In this document: positions 9,747 to 17,893 of the stretch, in pieces
How positions within the stretch are numbered: the first letter of the stretch is position 1
Layout: each line of letters opens with the position of its first letter
Assembly: GCA_965217115.1 (NCBI GenBank)
Contig: OZ244239.1
Span: 1,728,001 to 1,792,000 of the forward strand
Origin: Bdellovibrionales bacterium
Lineage (GTDB): Bacteria > Bdellovibrionota > Bdellovibrionia > Bdellovibrionales > CAYMLA01
Reading direction: 5' to 3'
Length of the DNA: 64,000 nt
The notes under the pieces: generated by a model
The model's database searches: none
Told to the model about the DNA's origin: nothing
The model's input: only the letters and a program-made list of their open reading frames with translations
Made by a program: the position numbers and the translations under genes

Positions 9747-11652
9747 AATATTATTAAATCTTGTTTTTTTCTTTAGCTTCTCTGTCCATGCACTGGCGAC
9801 TGAGGGCAGTATTGAAGTTCATGCAAAAGTAAATCGTAATAAAATGGGTCTGAATGATAAGCTCAACCTTTCGGTGGTTGTGGTGAGCGAAGAAAGTATG
9901 ATTGTTGAAGAGCCGAGGATACCTCAGCTTGTGGGCTTTGAACTACTCAATACTTGGACAAGTCAAAGCTCTCAAACACAAATTGAACAAGGCCCACAGG
10001 GAATGGAGGTTAAGACAACTAAAATAAAACAATTTGAATATATTTTATCTCCAAAAAAGAAAGGTATCTTGGTAATAAGCTCTTTTAGGGTAAATGTTCA
10101 GGGTAAGATATATAAAACAAAACCGATAAGGATTCAAGTTGCTAAGAGGTTTTCATCACCACCAGTGACAAAAAAAAATCGTGGTAGAGGTCTTGGAAGA
10201 GGCAGAAAAATAGACCCTTTTTCATCAGAACCATTTTCTGAAGTTGAAAAAATGTTCAATCAACTTCTGCAACGCCAAAGAGGAGGAGGCTTTTCAGGCA
10301 GCAAAGGGGAATTAAAAAAAGAAATTTTAGACCCTAAGGAAGTTTTCTTTATTCAGGCCGAGGTGGATAAAAAAGAAGTTTATGTGGGAGAACAGGTGAC
10401 GGTGAGTTGGTATATTTATACCCGTGGGGCTATTGAGTCTATTGATCGTTTGAAATTCCCTGTTTTGAAAAATTTTTGGAAAGAGGATATCGATGTGTCC
10501 CCGTCGTTGCGTTTTCATCAGTACCTAGTGAACGGGTTACCCTATCGTCGTGCTCTTTTAGGCTCTTACGCGTTATTTCCAATCAAAGCTGGTCAAGCAG
10601 TGATCGATTCTTACAGTGTTAGGTGTCGAGTTCGATTGAATACTCGTTTTGGTTTAGGTCGATCACGTCTCTACACGAAAAAGAGTAGGGTGTTAAGAAT
10701 TAAAGTTAAAAGCCTTCCTAAAGTAGGAAAACCTGATAGTTTTACAGGGGCTGTGGGTCACTTTCAGGTAAAGTCAGATGTAAATGCTCACCAGTTCCCA
10801 GTTAATCAACCGTTCTCTATAAAAATTCGTTTTGAGGGAGAGGGGAATGCAAAACTCATAGATATTCCAGCTATTAGATGGCCTGAGCACCTTGAGCTTT
10901 ATGATACCAAAAAAGAATCAAAATTTTTTAAAACAGGGAAGTCCTATAAAGAGTTTGAGGTGTTACTAATACCTCGCCGCGAAGGAAAAATTAAAATCCC
11001 CTCAATGAAGTTGGGGTTGTTTAATCCAAAATCGGGAAAATATGAAGAGAAATCAACAGATGAGATAGAGTTAGAAATAACTCATGGTCGCCAAGATGGA
11101 GTGATAGCTTCTAGTCGTAAATTACCAGAGTTTAAGAAGAAGATAGAAGAGAGAGAAGATTTGCCACTGATGATTCTCTCCGCAGAGAGAGACCCTATTT
11201 TGAGTGAAATGCAGGAGAAATGGATGTGGGTAGGTATTTATTTTTTAATTCTTTTATTCTTAATTTGGTACGGCAGTGTTCAGTTAGGTTGGGGAGATAA
11301 GAAAAAAAATCTACAGGAGCAGGTGAGTCAGAGGATAAAATTGATCTTTAATAAGATAGAGAAAGGTGATCACCGTTCTATTGGCAGTGAAATGACCAAT
11401 TTGGTGTACTTCGTTCTTGGAGAGATCAGTGGACAAGGTGGGGCTAATTTAGAGTTTAGCAAACTCATGGAAAAAGCACCGCCGAGTGTTCGTAAAGAGC
11501 TGAAAAAACCTTTGGGAAAGCTAATGAATTCCTTTGAAATTATAGGATTTGCTCCAGACTCTGTTATAGGAGACTTAAAAGAGAAAGAAGAGTTGAGGCT
11601 TTTAGTGAAAAAGATGGAAATCGTCTTACTAAAGGCGATTCAAAAAAACTAA
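9718..11652 (+). CDS. batD: BatD-family protein
   Basis: Signal peptide, repeated beta-sandwich segments (EVYVGEQV, FTGAVGHF, GEGN) and a C-terminal TM helix; last gene of the bat cluster. Confidence 0.85.
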   Translation: MTPLILKTGKILLNLVFFFSFSVHALATEGSIEVHAKVNRNKMGLNDKLNLSVVVVSEESMIVEEPRIPQLVGFELLNTWTSQSSQTQIEQGPQGMEVKTTKIKQFEYILSPKKKGILVISSFRVNVQGKIYKTKPIRIQVAKRFSSPPVTKKNRGRGLGRGRKIDPFSSEPFSEVEKMFNQLLQRQRGGGFSGSKGELKKEILDPKEVFFIQAEVDKKEVYVGEQVTVSWYIYTRGAIESIDRLKFPVLKNFWKEDIDVSPSLRFHQYLVNGLPYRRALLGSYALFPIKAGQAVIDSYSVRCRVRLNTRFGLGRSRLYTKKSRVLRIKVKSLPKVGKPDSFTGAVGHFQVKSDVNAHQFPVNQPFSIKIRFEGEGNAKLIDIPAIRWPEHLELYDTKKESKFFKTGKSYKEFEVLLIPRREGKIKIPSMKLGLFNPKSGKYEEKSTDEIELEITHGRQDGVIASSRKLPEFKKKIEEREDLPLMILSAERDPILSEMQEKWMWVGIYFLILLFLIWYGSVQLGWGDKKKNLQEQVSQRIKLIFNKIEKGDHRSIGSEMTNLVYFVLGEISGQGGANLEFSKLMEKAPPSVRKELKKPLGKLMNSFEIIGFAPDSVIGDLKEKEELRLLVKKMEIVLLKAIQKN

Positions 11653-11684
11653 CCCGCACAACATCGTCTTGATACTGGCGGGCC
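11642..11684 (-). terminator. Intrinsic terminator of the riboswitch-containing RNA
   Basis: Minus strand reads GGCCCGC-CAGTATC-AAGAC-GATGTTG-T-GCGGGTT followed by AG and seven T. Confidence 0.75.
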
Positions 11685-11685
11685 T

Positions 11686-11712
11686 TTAAGATGAAAGGTT
11701 TGAATTTTTCAT
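11686..11712 (-). CDS. Putative 8-aa micro-ORF (MKNSNLSS) downstream of the riboswitch
   Basis: AAGGAAGGAG SD 6 nt before the ATG; lies between the aptamer and the terminator. Confidence 0.35.
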   Translation of the reverse strand: MKNSNLSS

Positions 11713-11754
11713 TTAGATCTCCTTCCTTACGCGGCTTTTGCCAACGGTCCGTTT

Positions 11755-11845
11755 ACACCTCTGGCAGCTGGCTGGCATTATCAAAAGACTTAGCCCCTGT
11801 AGCTTTGCGTCCTGTCGTTTCCAACAGTTTGCCTTTGGCAAAGGA
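11755..11845 (-). ncRNA. c-di-GMP-I (GEMM-I) riboswitch aptamer
   Basis: Minus strand reads CCAAAGGCAAAC-TGTTG-GAAA-CGACA-GGACGCAAAGCTACAGGGGCTAAG...ATGCCAGCCAGCTGCC. This contains the GGCAAAC segment, a GAAA tetraloop on a paired P2, GACGCAAA, the CTAAG receptor region and the 3' GCC. Confidence 0.93.
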
Positions 11846-11915
11846 AATTGATCGTGAAAATGTTCTAGGTCCTCCTTGATTCTATAGGTAACACAGTGCT
11901 GACTGCATTTCTGAA

Positions 11916-11957
11916 TTATGGGGGGGATTCAGAGATTTGGCACAACACCGTTACCAT
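11916..11957 (-). CDS. Putative 13-aa micro-ORF (MVTVLCQISESPP) upstream of the riboswitch
   Basis: AAGGAGG SD 7 nt before the ATG at 11957. Confidence 0.3.
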   Translation of the reverse strand: MVTVLCQISESPP

Positions 11958-12112
11958 CAAACATCCTCCTTTCAACTGGTCTTTAGAATACTGCAACTCT
12001 TGAAAAACATCTAGAACTGTGGAGTAAAGGGTCTAATATTGAGACACTGAGTTTGATTTGGGCAAATGAGCCACTTTTCAGATGAGTCTTTGCTATTAAG
12101 TTCAGACATAAA

Positions 12113-12904
12113 TTAAGTAAAAGTTTTTTTGATCCTTTCAGCAATAACAGAAAAAGCCTTTCCTTCCTCTCCAGTGGGGTGGCTCTCAATGATGGGAATA
12201 CCAGCTTCGCTAGAAATACTGACAGACAGATTAAAGGGAATCTCACCTAATTTGGGGAGGCCTTTTTGTTCGAGATAGGAGTCGAGTTCTCCTTTGGGGA
12301 AAAGTTGCACTTTTTCTTTTGATTCAGGGGCAATAAGATAAGACATATTTTCAATCAAGCCAATGTGAGGAATTTTTACGGTGTCGAACATATCGATGAA
12401 TTTTTTGACATCTATAAGAGCTAAGTTTTGTGGAGTGCATACGGTAATAGCTCCAGAAACAGGAACTTTTTGAGCGATGGTGAGTTGAATATCGCCTGTT
12501 CCAGGGGGCATATCGATAAGGAGGTAATCTAACTCTCCCCATTCAACATCGCGAAGAAATTGGTGTACAGCCTTAAAGAGCATGGGGCCACGCCAGACAA
12601 CAGCATGATCCTCTTCAACAATGAATCCGATGCTCATGATTTTAAGACCAAGCCTAGAAATAGGAATCATCTTTTGATCTTCAGTGAACATAGGTTTTTG
12701 GTTGATAGCTCCAAAAATTCGTGGAATGCTTGGCCCGTGAATATCAGCATCTAAAATCCCAACCTTGGCTCCTTTTTTGGCAAGAGCCAGAGCGAGGTTA
12801 GAGGTGATGGTGCTTTTTCCCACGCCTCCTTTGCCTGATCCAATAGCAATGATGTGCTTAATACCGTCAATAGGAGACTGTTGGTCAAAAGGATTTGTCG
12901 TCAT
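12113..12904 (-). CDS. mrp: Mrp/ApbC Fe-S cluster carrier ATPase
   Basis: GKGGVGKST, DADIHGPS, VVWRGPM, DMPPGTGD and ENMS motifs. Confidence 0.95.
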   Translation of the reverse strand: MTTNPFDQQSPIDGIKHIIAIGSGKGGVGKSTITSNLALALAKKGAKVGILDADIHGPSIPRIFGAINQKPMFTEDQKMIPISRLGLKIMSIGFIVEEDHAVVWRGPMLFKAVHQFLRDVEWGELDYLLIDMPPGTGDIQLTIAQKVPVSGAITVCTPQNLALIDVKKFIDMFDTVKIPHIGLIENMSYLIAPESKEKVQLFPKGELDSYLEQKGLPKLGEIPFNLSVSISSEAGIPIIESHPTGEEGKAFSVIAERIKKTFT

Positions 12905-12954
12905 AAGTTTTCCGTTTTTGGGTGAGGGTTCATCGTGTTTTTGCCGTAAGATTT

Positions 12955-13013
12955 TTACTGTAGCTTTTTTACTATGGAATCTCTTACTGTGGAGTTTCTT
13001 ACTGTGGAATCAT
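12955..13013. repeat. Three 15-bp direct repeats (TTACTRTGGA...) plus one degenerate copy, in the mrp/tolC divergent intergenic region
   Basis: ttactgtagctttt / ttactatggaatctc / ttactgtggagtttc / ttactgtggaatcat. Confidence 0.75.
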
Positions 13014-13133
13014 ATTTAAATCAAAATTCTTCTAAAAATTCATATTTTAATGGCTTTATGTAAAAAATTCATATAGTAAATTGCATCGAATCAAGATAGT
13101 CTTTGCGAGTGATTTTTCTGATGGGAGGACTAA

Positions 13134-14558
13134 TTGAAGACACTAGGCATGTTATTCTTTTTTTGTTTGTTGTTTTGTGGAGAGTTTCAATCATTTTCTT
13201 TCGCAGTATCGACGAAGCCATCATCGAAGTCGTCATTAAGGAGTGTTTTTTTAAAAAAATATCTACAACATTATTTAGCTGAGGATGAATCTCTACAACA
13301 GGCAAAGATAGATCACAAAATTTCTTTAGAAAAGAGTAGAGGAGAAACTGCTTTTTGGAATTCTCAATTATATTCAGGTCCACAGGTAAGAGAATTAAGA
13401 ACAGAGTTGTCTCTGATGGAGAGTTTTGGAAAAAACTCTCTATGGAAAAATAGGCTTGAACAAAGAACGCCATGGGGAGGTGCCCTGTCTATTGAATACA
13501 ATCAACTTCTTGGCGATGATACGTTAAATTCAGCGACGACTAAATCACAGACAGCTTTTTCTTTTGAGAAGTCCCTTTATCGCAATGGATGGGGGCAAGA
13601 AGATAGCTTGAAAGTAACGGCAGCTAGAAAAAGAGTGCGTCGTTCAGCCTTTAGTGAACAGTCCAGTTATCAGATAAGTTGTCTTCAAGGAATCAAAAGT
13701 TATTTGGAATCTTATACATCTCAAGAGAAATTGCAGATTTCTTTGGAAGTAGAAAAAGCGGCACAAAAGGTGTTTAATAAATTAAAAAAAGCATACAAGA
13801 AAAAATTAATACGGAAAATAGATTGGCTAGGCGCTCAAGCAGATTATTTAAAAACTCAATCTCAAAGAAGAGACAGACAGAGGCTTCATAGATTAGAAAT
13901 GGTGAAATTTTCATCTAAAGCACAGATAAGTTCTGAAACATGGTTCTTGAAGAAGCCCCAAGATATTGAATTACAGAAAGGAATTAATTGGCAAGACGGA
14001 ATAGAGCTTAAGGGGTTAAATAACCTATTGGAGCAGAGAGAAGCTGAGAAAAAGAAAGCTGAATTGGATGGGCAAGGAGATCTGGGGTTTCAGGTTCAAC
14101 TCTCAAACACTCAAGGTTACAGTCTGGCAGCAGGGGATAATTTCCAACAAGCAAATTGGGTGGTTTCGTTGAATTTTTCATGGCCCCTGTACAATGGAGT
14201 TTTGAAGTCAAATAAGAGTCAAGCAGACTTAAGAGTTCTAAGAACTTTTAAAGAGATTAAAAAACAAAGAAAAAATAGCTCGATTGAGTGGAGAAGAGCC
14301 TTGATCTCTCTAGAAAATCAAAAAGAACAGGAGGGTTTTAATCGTCGGCAACAGATTATAGAAAAGAAACGAGTTCTTGAAGCAAGAAGACTTCTTATTA
14401 CAGGGAGAATCGAATTTGAAAACTACATCAGTTACCGAGATCAGAGATTTAGTAGTCGTCTGAAGTACTTAGATCTCTTGCAAGAGAAGATATTATTAAA
14501 GGCATCATTGTTAAGGTTAAGTGGATATCTAGGGCGTTTCTGTGAGGGACTTCTATGA
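13134..14558 (+). CDS. TolC-family outer membrane efflux protein
   Basis: Signal peptide, alternating helical and beta segments (VVSLNFSWPLYNG, GRIEFENY), and an overlap with an RND gene. The start may be ATG at 13149. Confidence 0.75.
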   Translation: MKTLGMLFFFCLLFCGEFQSFSFAVSTKPSSKSSLRSVFLKKYLQHYLAEDESLQQAKIDHKISLEKSRGETAFWNSQLYSGPQVRELRTELSLMESFGKNSLWKNRLEQRTPWGGALSIEYNQLLGDDTLNSATTKSQTAFSFEKSLYRNGWGQEDSLKVTAARKRVRRSAFSEQSSYQISCLQGIKSYLESYTSQEKLQISLEVEKAAQKVFNKLKKAYKKKLIRKIDWLGAQADYLKTQSQRRDRQRLHRLEMVKFSSKAQISSETWFLKKPQDIELQKGINWQDGIELKGLNNLLEQREAEKKKAELDGQGDLGFQVQLSNTQGYSLAAGDNFQQANWVVSLNFSWPLYNGVLKSNKSQADLRVLRTFKEIKKQRKNSSIEWRRALISLENQKEQEGFNRRQQIIEKKRVLEARRLLITGRIEFENYISYRDQRFSSRLKYLDLLQEKILLKASLLRLSGYLGRFCEGLL

Positions 14559-17500
14559 GGAGGTTAATAGATTATTTTGCTGGTCGTTCTTTTATTGTAA
14601 ACTTACTTGTTATTTTTGTATGTGTTGTAGGTTATTTGGCTATGACATCTATGAATAGAAGTCTAGTGCCATCTTGGGAACAGCGTCAAACTGTTGTGAA
14701 TGTGCTTTTACCGGGAGCTTCGTCTCAAGAGATGGAACGCCTAGTGACTTATCCCATTGAGATTGCATTAAAAGATTTGCCTGGAGTGGAAAAGATAACA
14801 TCTTCAAGTGGTGCAGGCTATTCCAGAATTCGGTTGTATTTTGAAGATAGCTATGAAGATTTAGATAAAGTGACAGAGAATGCTCGCGCCCGTGTGGAAG
14901 GGCTTCGCAATCGATTGCCAGAGTCAGTTCGTTCCATTACGGTAAAAAGAATTAAAAAAGAGACTGAAATTCTCATGTATATCTCTATTGAAGGAGCTGA
15001 CGATTTTAATTTTGAACACCGCAGGCGGATAAAAAAACTCTCTAAAAAAATCGAAAATATTAAAGGAATTTCTTTCGCCGCAGATCATATGCGAGAACAA
15101 GAGATTGTTATTCATCTGGACCCAGAGAAGCTTAATTTCTATGGTCTATCGACCAGTGATGTGCGTGGTAAGATCAGTCGCTATCGTGCTTATGCACCAA
15201 TAGGACAGATTACGCAGGATGAAGATGTCTACAACATTGAAGTATCAAATTCTGTGGCCTCGATCGAAGAGCTATCTAAAATCCCTATTAGTTCTAATCG
15301 CAGTGGTTACATTGTGCGATTACAAGATTTGGGAAAGGTGAATTACGATCTATCCCAGCGATCGTTCTTGATGAGAGTGAATGGGAAAAGAGCTGTTTTG
15401 ATGAGAGTAGAGAAGGGATCTTCTGCGGACACTATTGATCTTGGCAAAGAAGTCAAAGAAGTAGTAAATCGCTTCAATAAAAAATATTCCACGTTAAAAG
15501 CAGAGATTATGTTTGATCTACCATTTTTTTTAGAGAAACAGTTAGAGAGTTTAAAAGTAAATGGATTTTTAGGCCTCCTATTTGTTTTTGCGATGATGCT
15601 GTTGTTCTTTGATTGGAGAGCGGCGCTCATGACAATTATTGGTTTGCCAGTAGTTTATTTGGGAACTTTTATTGTTCTCGCTTATCTAGGTATACCTATT
15701 AATCTTATCTTTATTGTTGGGATGTTATTGATCTTAGGTATTTTGGTGGATGATGCGATCATTGTTTCTGAAAAATACATGGCAAATTTAGAAAGTGGTC
15801 TTGAGCCTAAGGAAGCTGCAGTCAAAGCGGCACAGGCTCTGATTATGCCAGTGACAGGAACAGTGTTGACTACGGTTGTGGCTTTTTCTCCATTGTTGTT
15901 AGTGAAAAGTAGTTTTTCAAATGTTTTTTTTGCGCTTCCTGTTGTGGTAATTGTGGCTCTTAGCTTGAGTTGGATTGAAGCTTTTTTTATTCTTCCCAAT
16001 CATTTGCAGCATATTGTGAAAAAAAATAAAAATAAGAAAATTGATGTGTTCAAAAAGCTCCGTCAAAAATATGAACAGATATTAAAGGTCTTTTTTAAAT
16101 ACAGATATATCACCTTACTGGCTAGCCTTGTTTTCATAGTCATTTCAGGCTATGTGGCTCTTAATAAGGTAGAACATCAATTTAATCTACAGATTGGTTT
16201 AGAGAGAGTCGATGTAACAGTTATTTTAAAAAGCAGTGGTTCTTTTGAAGAGACGGAAAAGAAGCTTAAGCCGCTGTCTGATTATTTAAACAAAATGGGA
16301 AGTCGACAAGTAGATGCGGTGCAAACAAAAATTGGTTCTATGTGGTATCAAGGAAAACAATTAAAAGGGGATCGTTATGCTCGTTTTTCTATTTACATAG
16401 ATAAGGAGGCTAAATACCCTGGAGAGGTCAAAAAAACTCTAGAAAAAAGAATTCAAAGTGGAGTGAAAAAGTTTAAAACAGATGACTTTGAAGAACTAAA
16501 TGTTCGGGGGCTCAGGGAAGGGGACGAGAAAAGAAAGCTTCAACTGGTTTCGATCAGTGTTCGTGGGGCTGAGGATATTGATTTCACCGATATAGAGAAA
16601 GTAATCATTGCCCATGCATTGAAGACAAAAGGTGTGAAAGAAGCGGCCATGAATGAAGAGATGTACGAAGTGTCTTGGAGGTTTCACCCTAATCACCAAG
16701 CTTTACAGCAGTATGGATTGACGCCAGCCACATTGGCCCATCAAATACGGGGGTTTTTCACTAAAAACTTTCTAAGTGAGATTCGTCTTCATGGAGAACC
16801 ATTAAATCTTTATACAAAAATTATAACGGAGGAAAATATTAAATTTGAAAACCTAAAGTCATTTCATGTGGTGAGTTCCAGAGGAGTTAAAGTTCCGTTG
16901 CCTTTTTTAGGGAAGTGGGTTTCGGGTCGGTCTTTAAAGGAAATTTTTCATAAAGATGGTTTACGGAATTTAACATTGGATTTCAAACTAGATCAGAAAG
17001 AAGGCAATGCGAGCTTAGTGATAGATAGATTGAAGAAAGCGCTCATTCCTGTGCAAAAGAAGTTTCCAACCTATGAGATTGAGGTGTCGGAAGCTGACAA
17101 TCAGGCGAAGGAAGGTAAGGCTTGGGGCTTAAAAATAGCGATAATTTGTCTGGGTGGAGTGTTGTTGATTCTGTCATTGGTATTGGGGTCTTTATCCCAA
17201 CCTTTCTTGGTGGGGCTGCCAATCCCTTTTGGATTGGCAGGGATTATATGGGCGCTGTATCTCCATGGACTTCCTTTGAGTGTTATGGCAATTGTAGGAG
17301 TTGTCGGAGTGATCGGCGTTGCAGTGAACGATTCCTTAATTATGGTCGATGGTATAAATAAGCTCTGTCAGGGGAGAGGAGTGAAGATGAGTCGAAGTTT
17401 GTTGATTGATGGAGCATCTCAGAGGTTGCGAGCTATTGTGTTAACAACGATGACGACTCTTGGCGGTGTTTTGCCTATGGCTTATTCGTGGGGAGGAGAG

Positions 17501-17668
17501 TCGGGATTTACTCAACCTCTGGCATTTTCTATTGGTTGGGGATTATTATTCTCCACGTTGATGACGTTGTTTGTGTTGCCACCTCTTTTGGAAATTAGGG
17601 AGGATATTCTCTCTTTAGGAAGAGGCTTGCTATTTAGAGGGAAAAACCAGAAATCCCACCAAAATTGA
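14555..17668 (+). CDS. RND (AcrB-family) transporter permease
   Basis: 1037 aa; PGASSQEMERLVT, GILVDDAIIV, TTVVAFSPL and RLRAIVLTT motifs; 12-TM pattern. Confidence 0.93.
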   Translation: MRRLIDYFAGRSFIVNLLVIFVCVVGYLAMTSMNRSLVPSWEQRQTVVNVLLPGASSQEMERLVTYPIEIALKDLPGVEKITSSSGAGYSRIRLYFEDSYEDLDKVTENARARVEGLRNRLPESVRSITVKRIKKETEILMYISIEGADDFNFEHRRRIKKLSKKIENIKGISFAADHMREQEIVIHLDPEKLNFYGLSTSDVRGKISRYRAYAPIGQITQDEDVYNIEVSNSVASIEELSKIPISSNRSGYIVRLQDLGKVNYDLSQRSFLMRVNGKRAVLMRVEKGSSADTIDLGKEVKEVVNRFNKKYSTLKAEIMFDLPFFLEKQLESLKVNGFLGLLFVFAMMLLFFDWRAALMTIIGLPVVYLGTFIVLAYLGIPINLIFIVGMLLILGILVDDAIIVSEKYMANLESGLEPKEAAVKAAQALIMPVTGTVLTTVVAFSPLLLVKSSFSNVFFALPVVVIVALSLSWIEAFFILPNHLQHIVKKNKNKKIDVFKKLRQKYEQILKVFFKYRYITLLASLVFIVISGYVALNKVEHQFNLQIGLERVDVTVILKSSGSFEETEKKLKPLSDYLNKMGSRQVDAVQTKIGSMWYQGKQLKGDRYARFSIYIDKEAKYPGEVKKTLEKRIQSGVKKFKTDDFEELNVRGLREGDEKRKLQLVSISVRGAEDIDFTDIEKVIIAHALKTKGVKEAAMNEEMYEVSWRFHPNHQALQQYGLTPATLAHQIRGFFTKNFLSEIRLHGEPLNLYTKIITEENIKFENLKSFHVVSSRGVKVPLPFLGKWVSGRSLKEIFHKDGLRNLTLDFKLDQKEGNASLVIDRLKKALIPVQKKFPTYEIEVSEADNQAKEGKAWGLKIAIICLGGVLLILSLVLGSLSQPFLVGLPIPFGLAGIIWALYLHGLPLSVMAIVGVVGVIGVAVNDSLIMVDGINKLCQGRGVKMSRSLLIDGASQRLRAIVLTTMTTLGGVLPMAYSWGGESGFTQPLAFSIGWGLLFSTLMTLFVLPPLLEIREDILSLGRGLLFRGKNQKSHQN

Positions 17669-17722
17669 ATTTACAAAACCTATGAAAGTCTTCTACATGT
17701 TTTCTTATAAGGCCTTTTATAG

Positions 17723-17741
17723 AATTTGATTGAATCAAATT
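17723..17741. promoter_or_regulatory. Perfect 19-bp palindrome, candidate operator
   Basis: AATTTGATT-G-AATCAAATT in the intergenic region about 150 bp upstream of the PD40/Kelch gene. Confidence 0.4.
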
Positions 17742-17893
17742 GAAAATATTATATATTTCTAGAATAGGTAGAGAAAATATGTAATTTCAAATATTATAAT
17801 CGAGCAATTGGTTGTAATACATTTTGTTGTCAATGAGTATTAGTGTTTGGAAAATTCATTATTTTTATAAGCATACACAGGAAAGGTTGGGAA

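Noticed and set aside
11691..12246. ORFs 11691-11879 (+) and 11983-12246 (-)
   Set aside because: The first is antisense to the riboswitch and the second overlaps mrp out of frame; neither resembles a known protein.
17726..17738. FNR box
   Set aside because: The spacing is TTGAT-N3-ATCAA rather than N4, so it is kept only as an unassigned palindrome.
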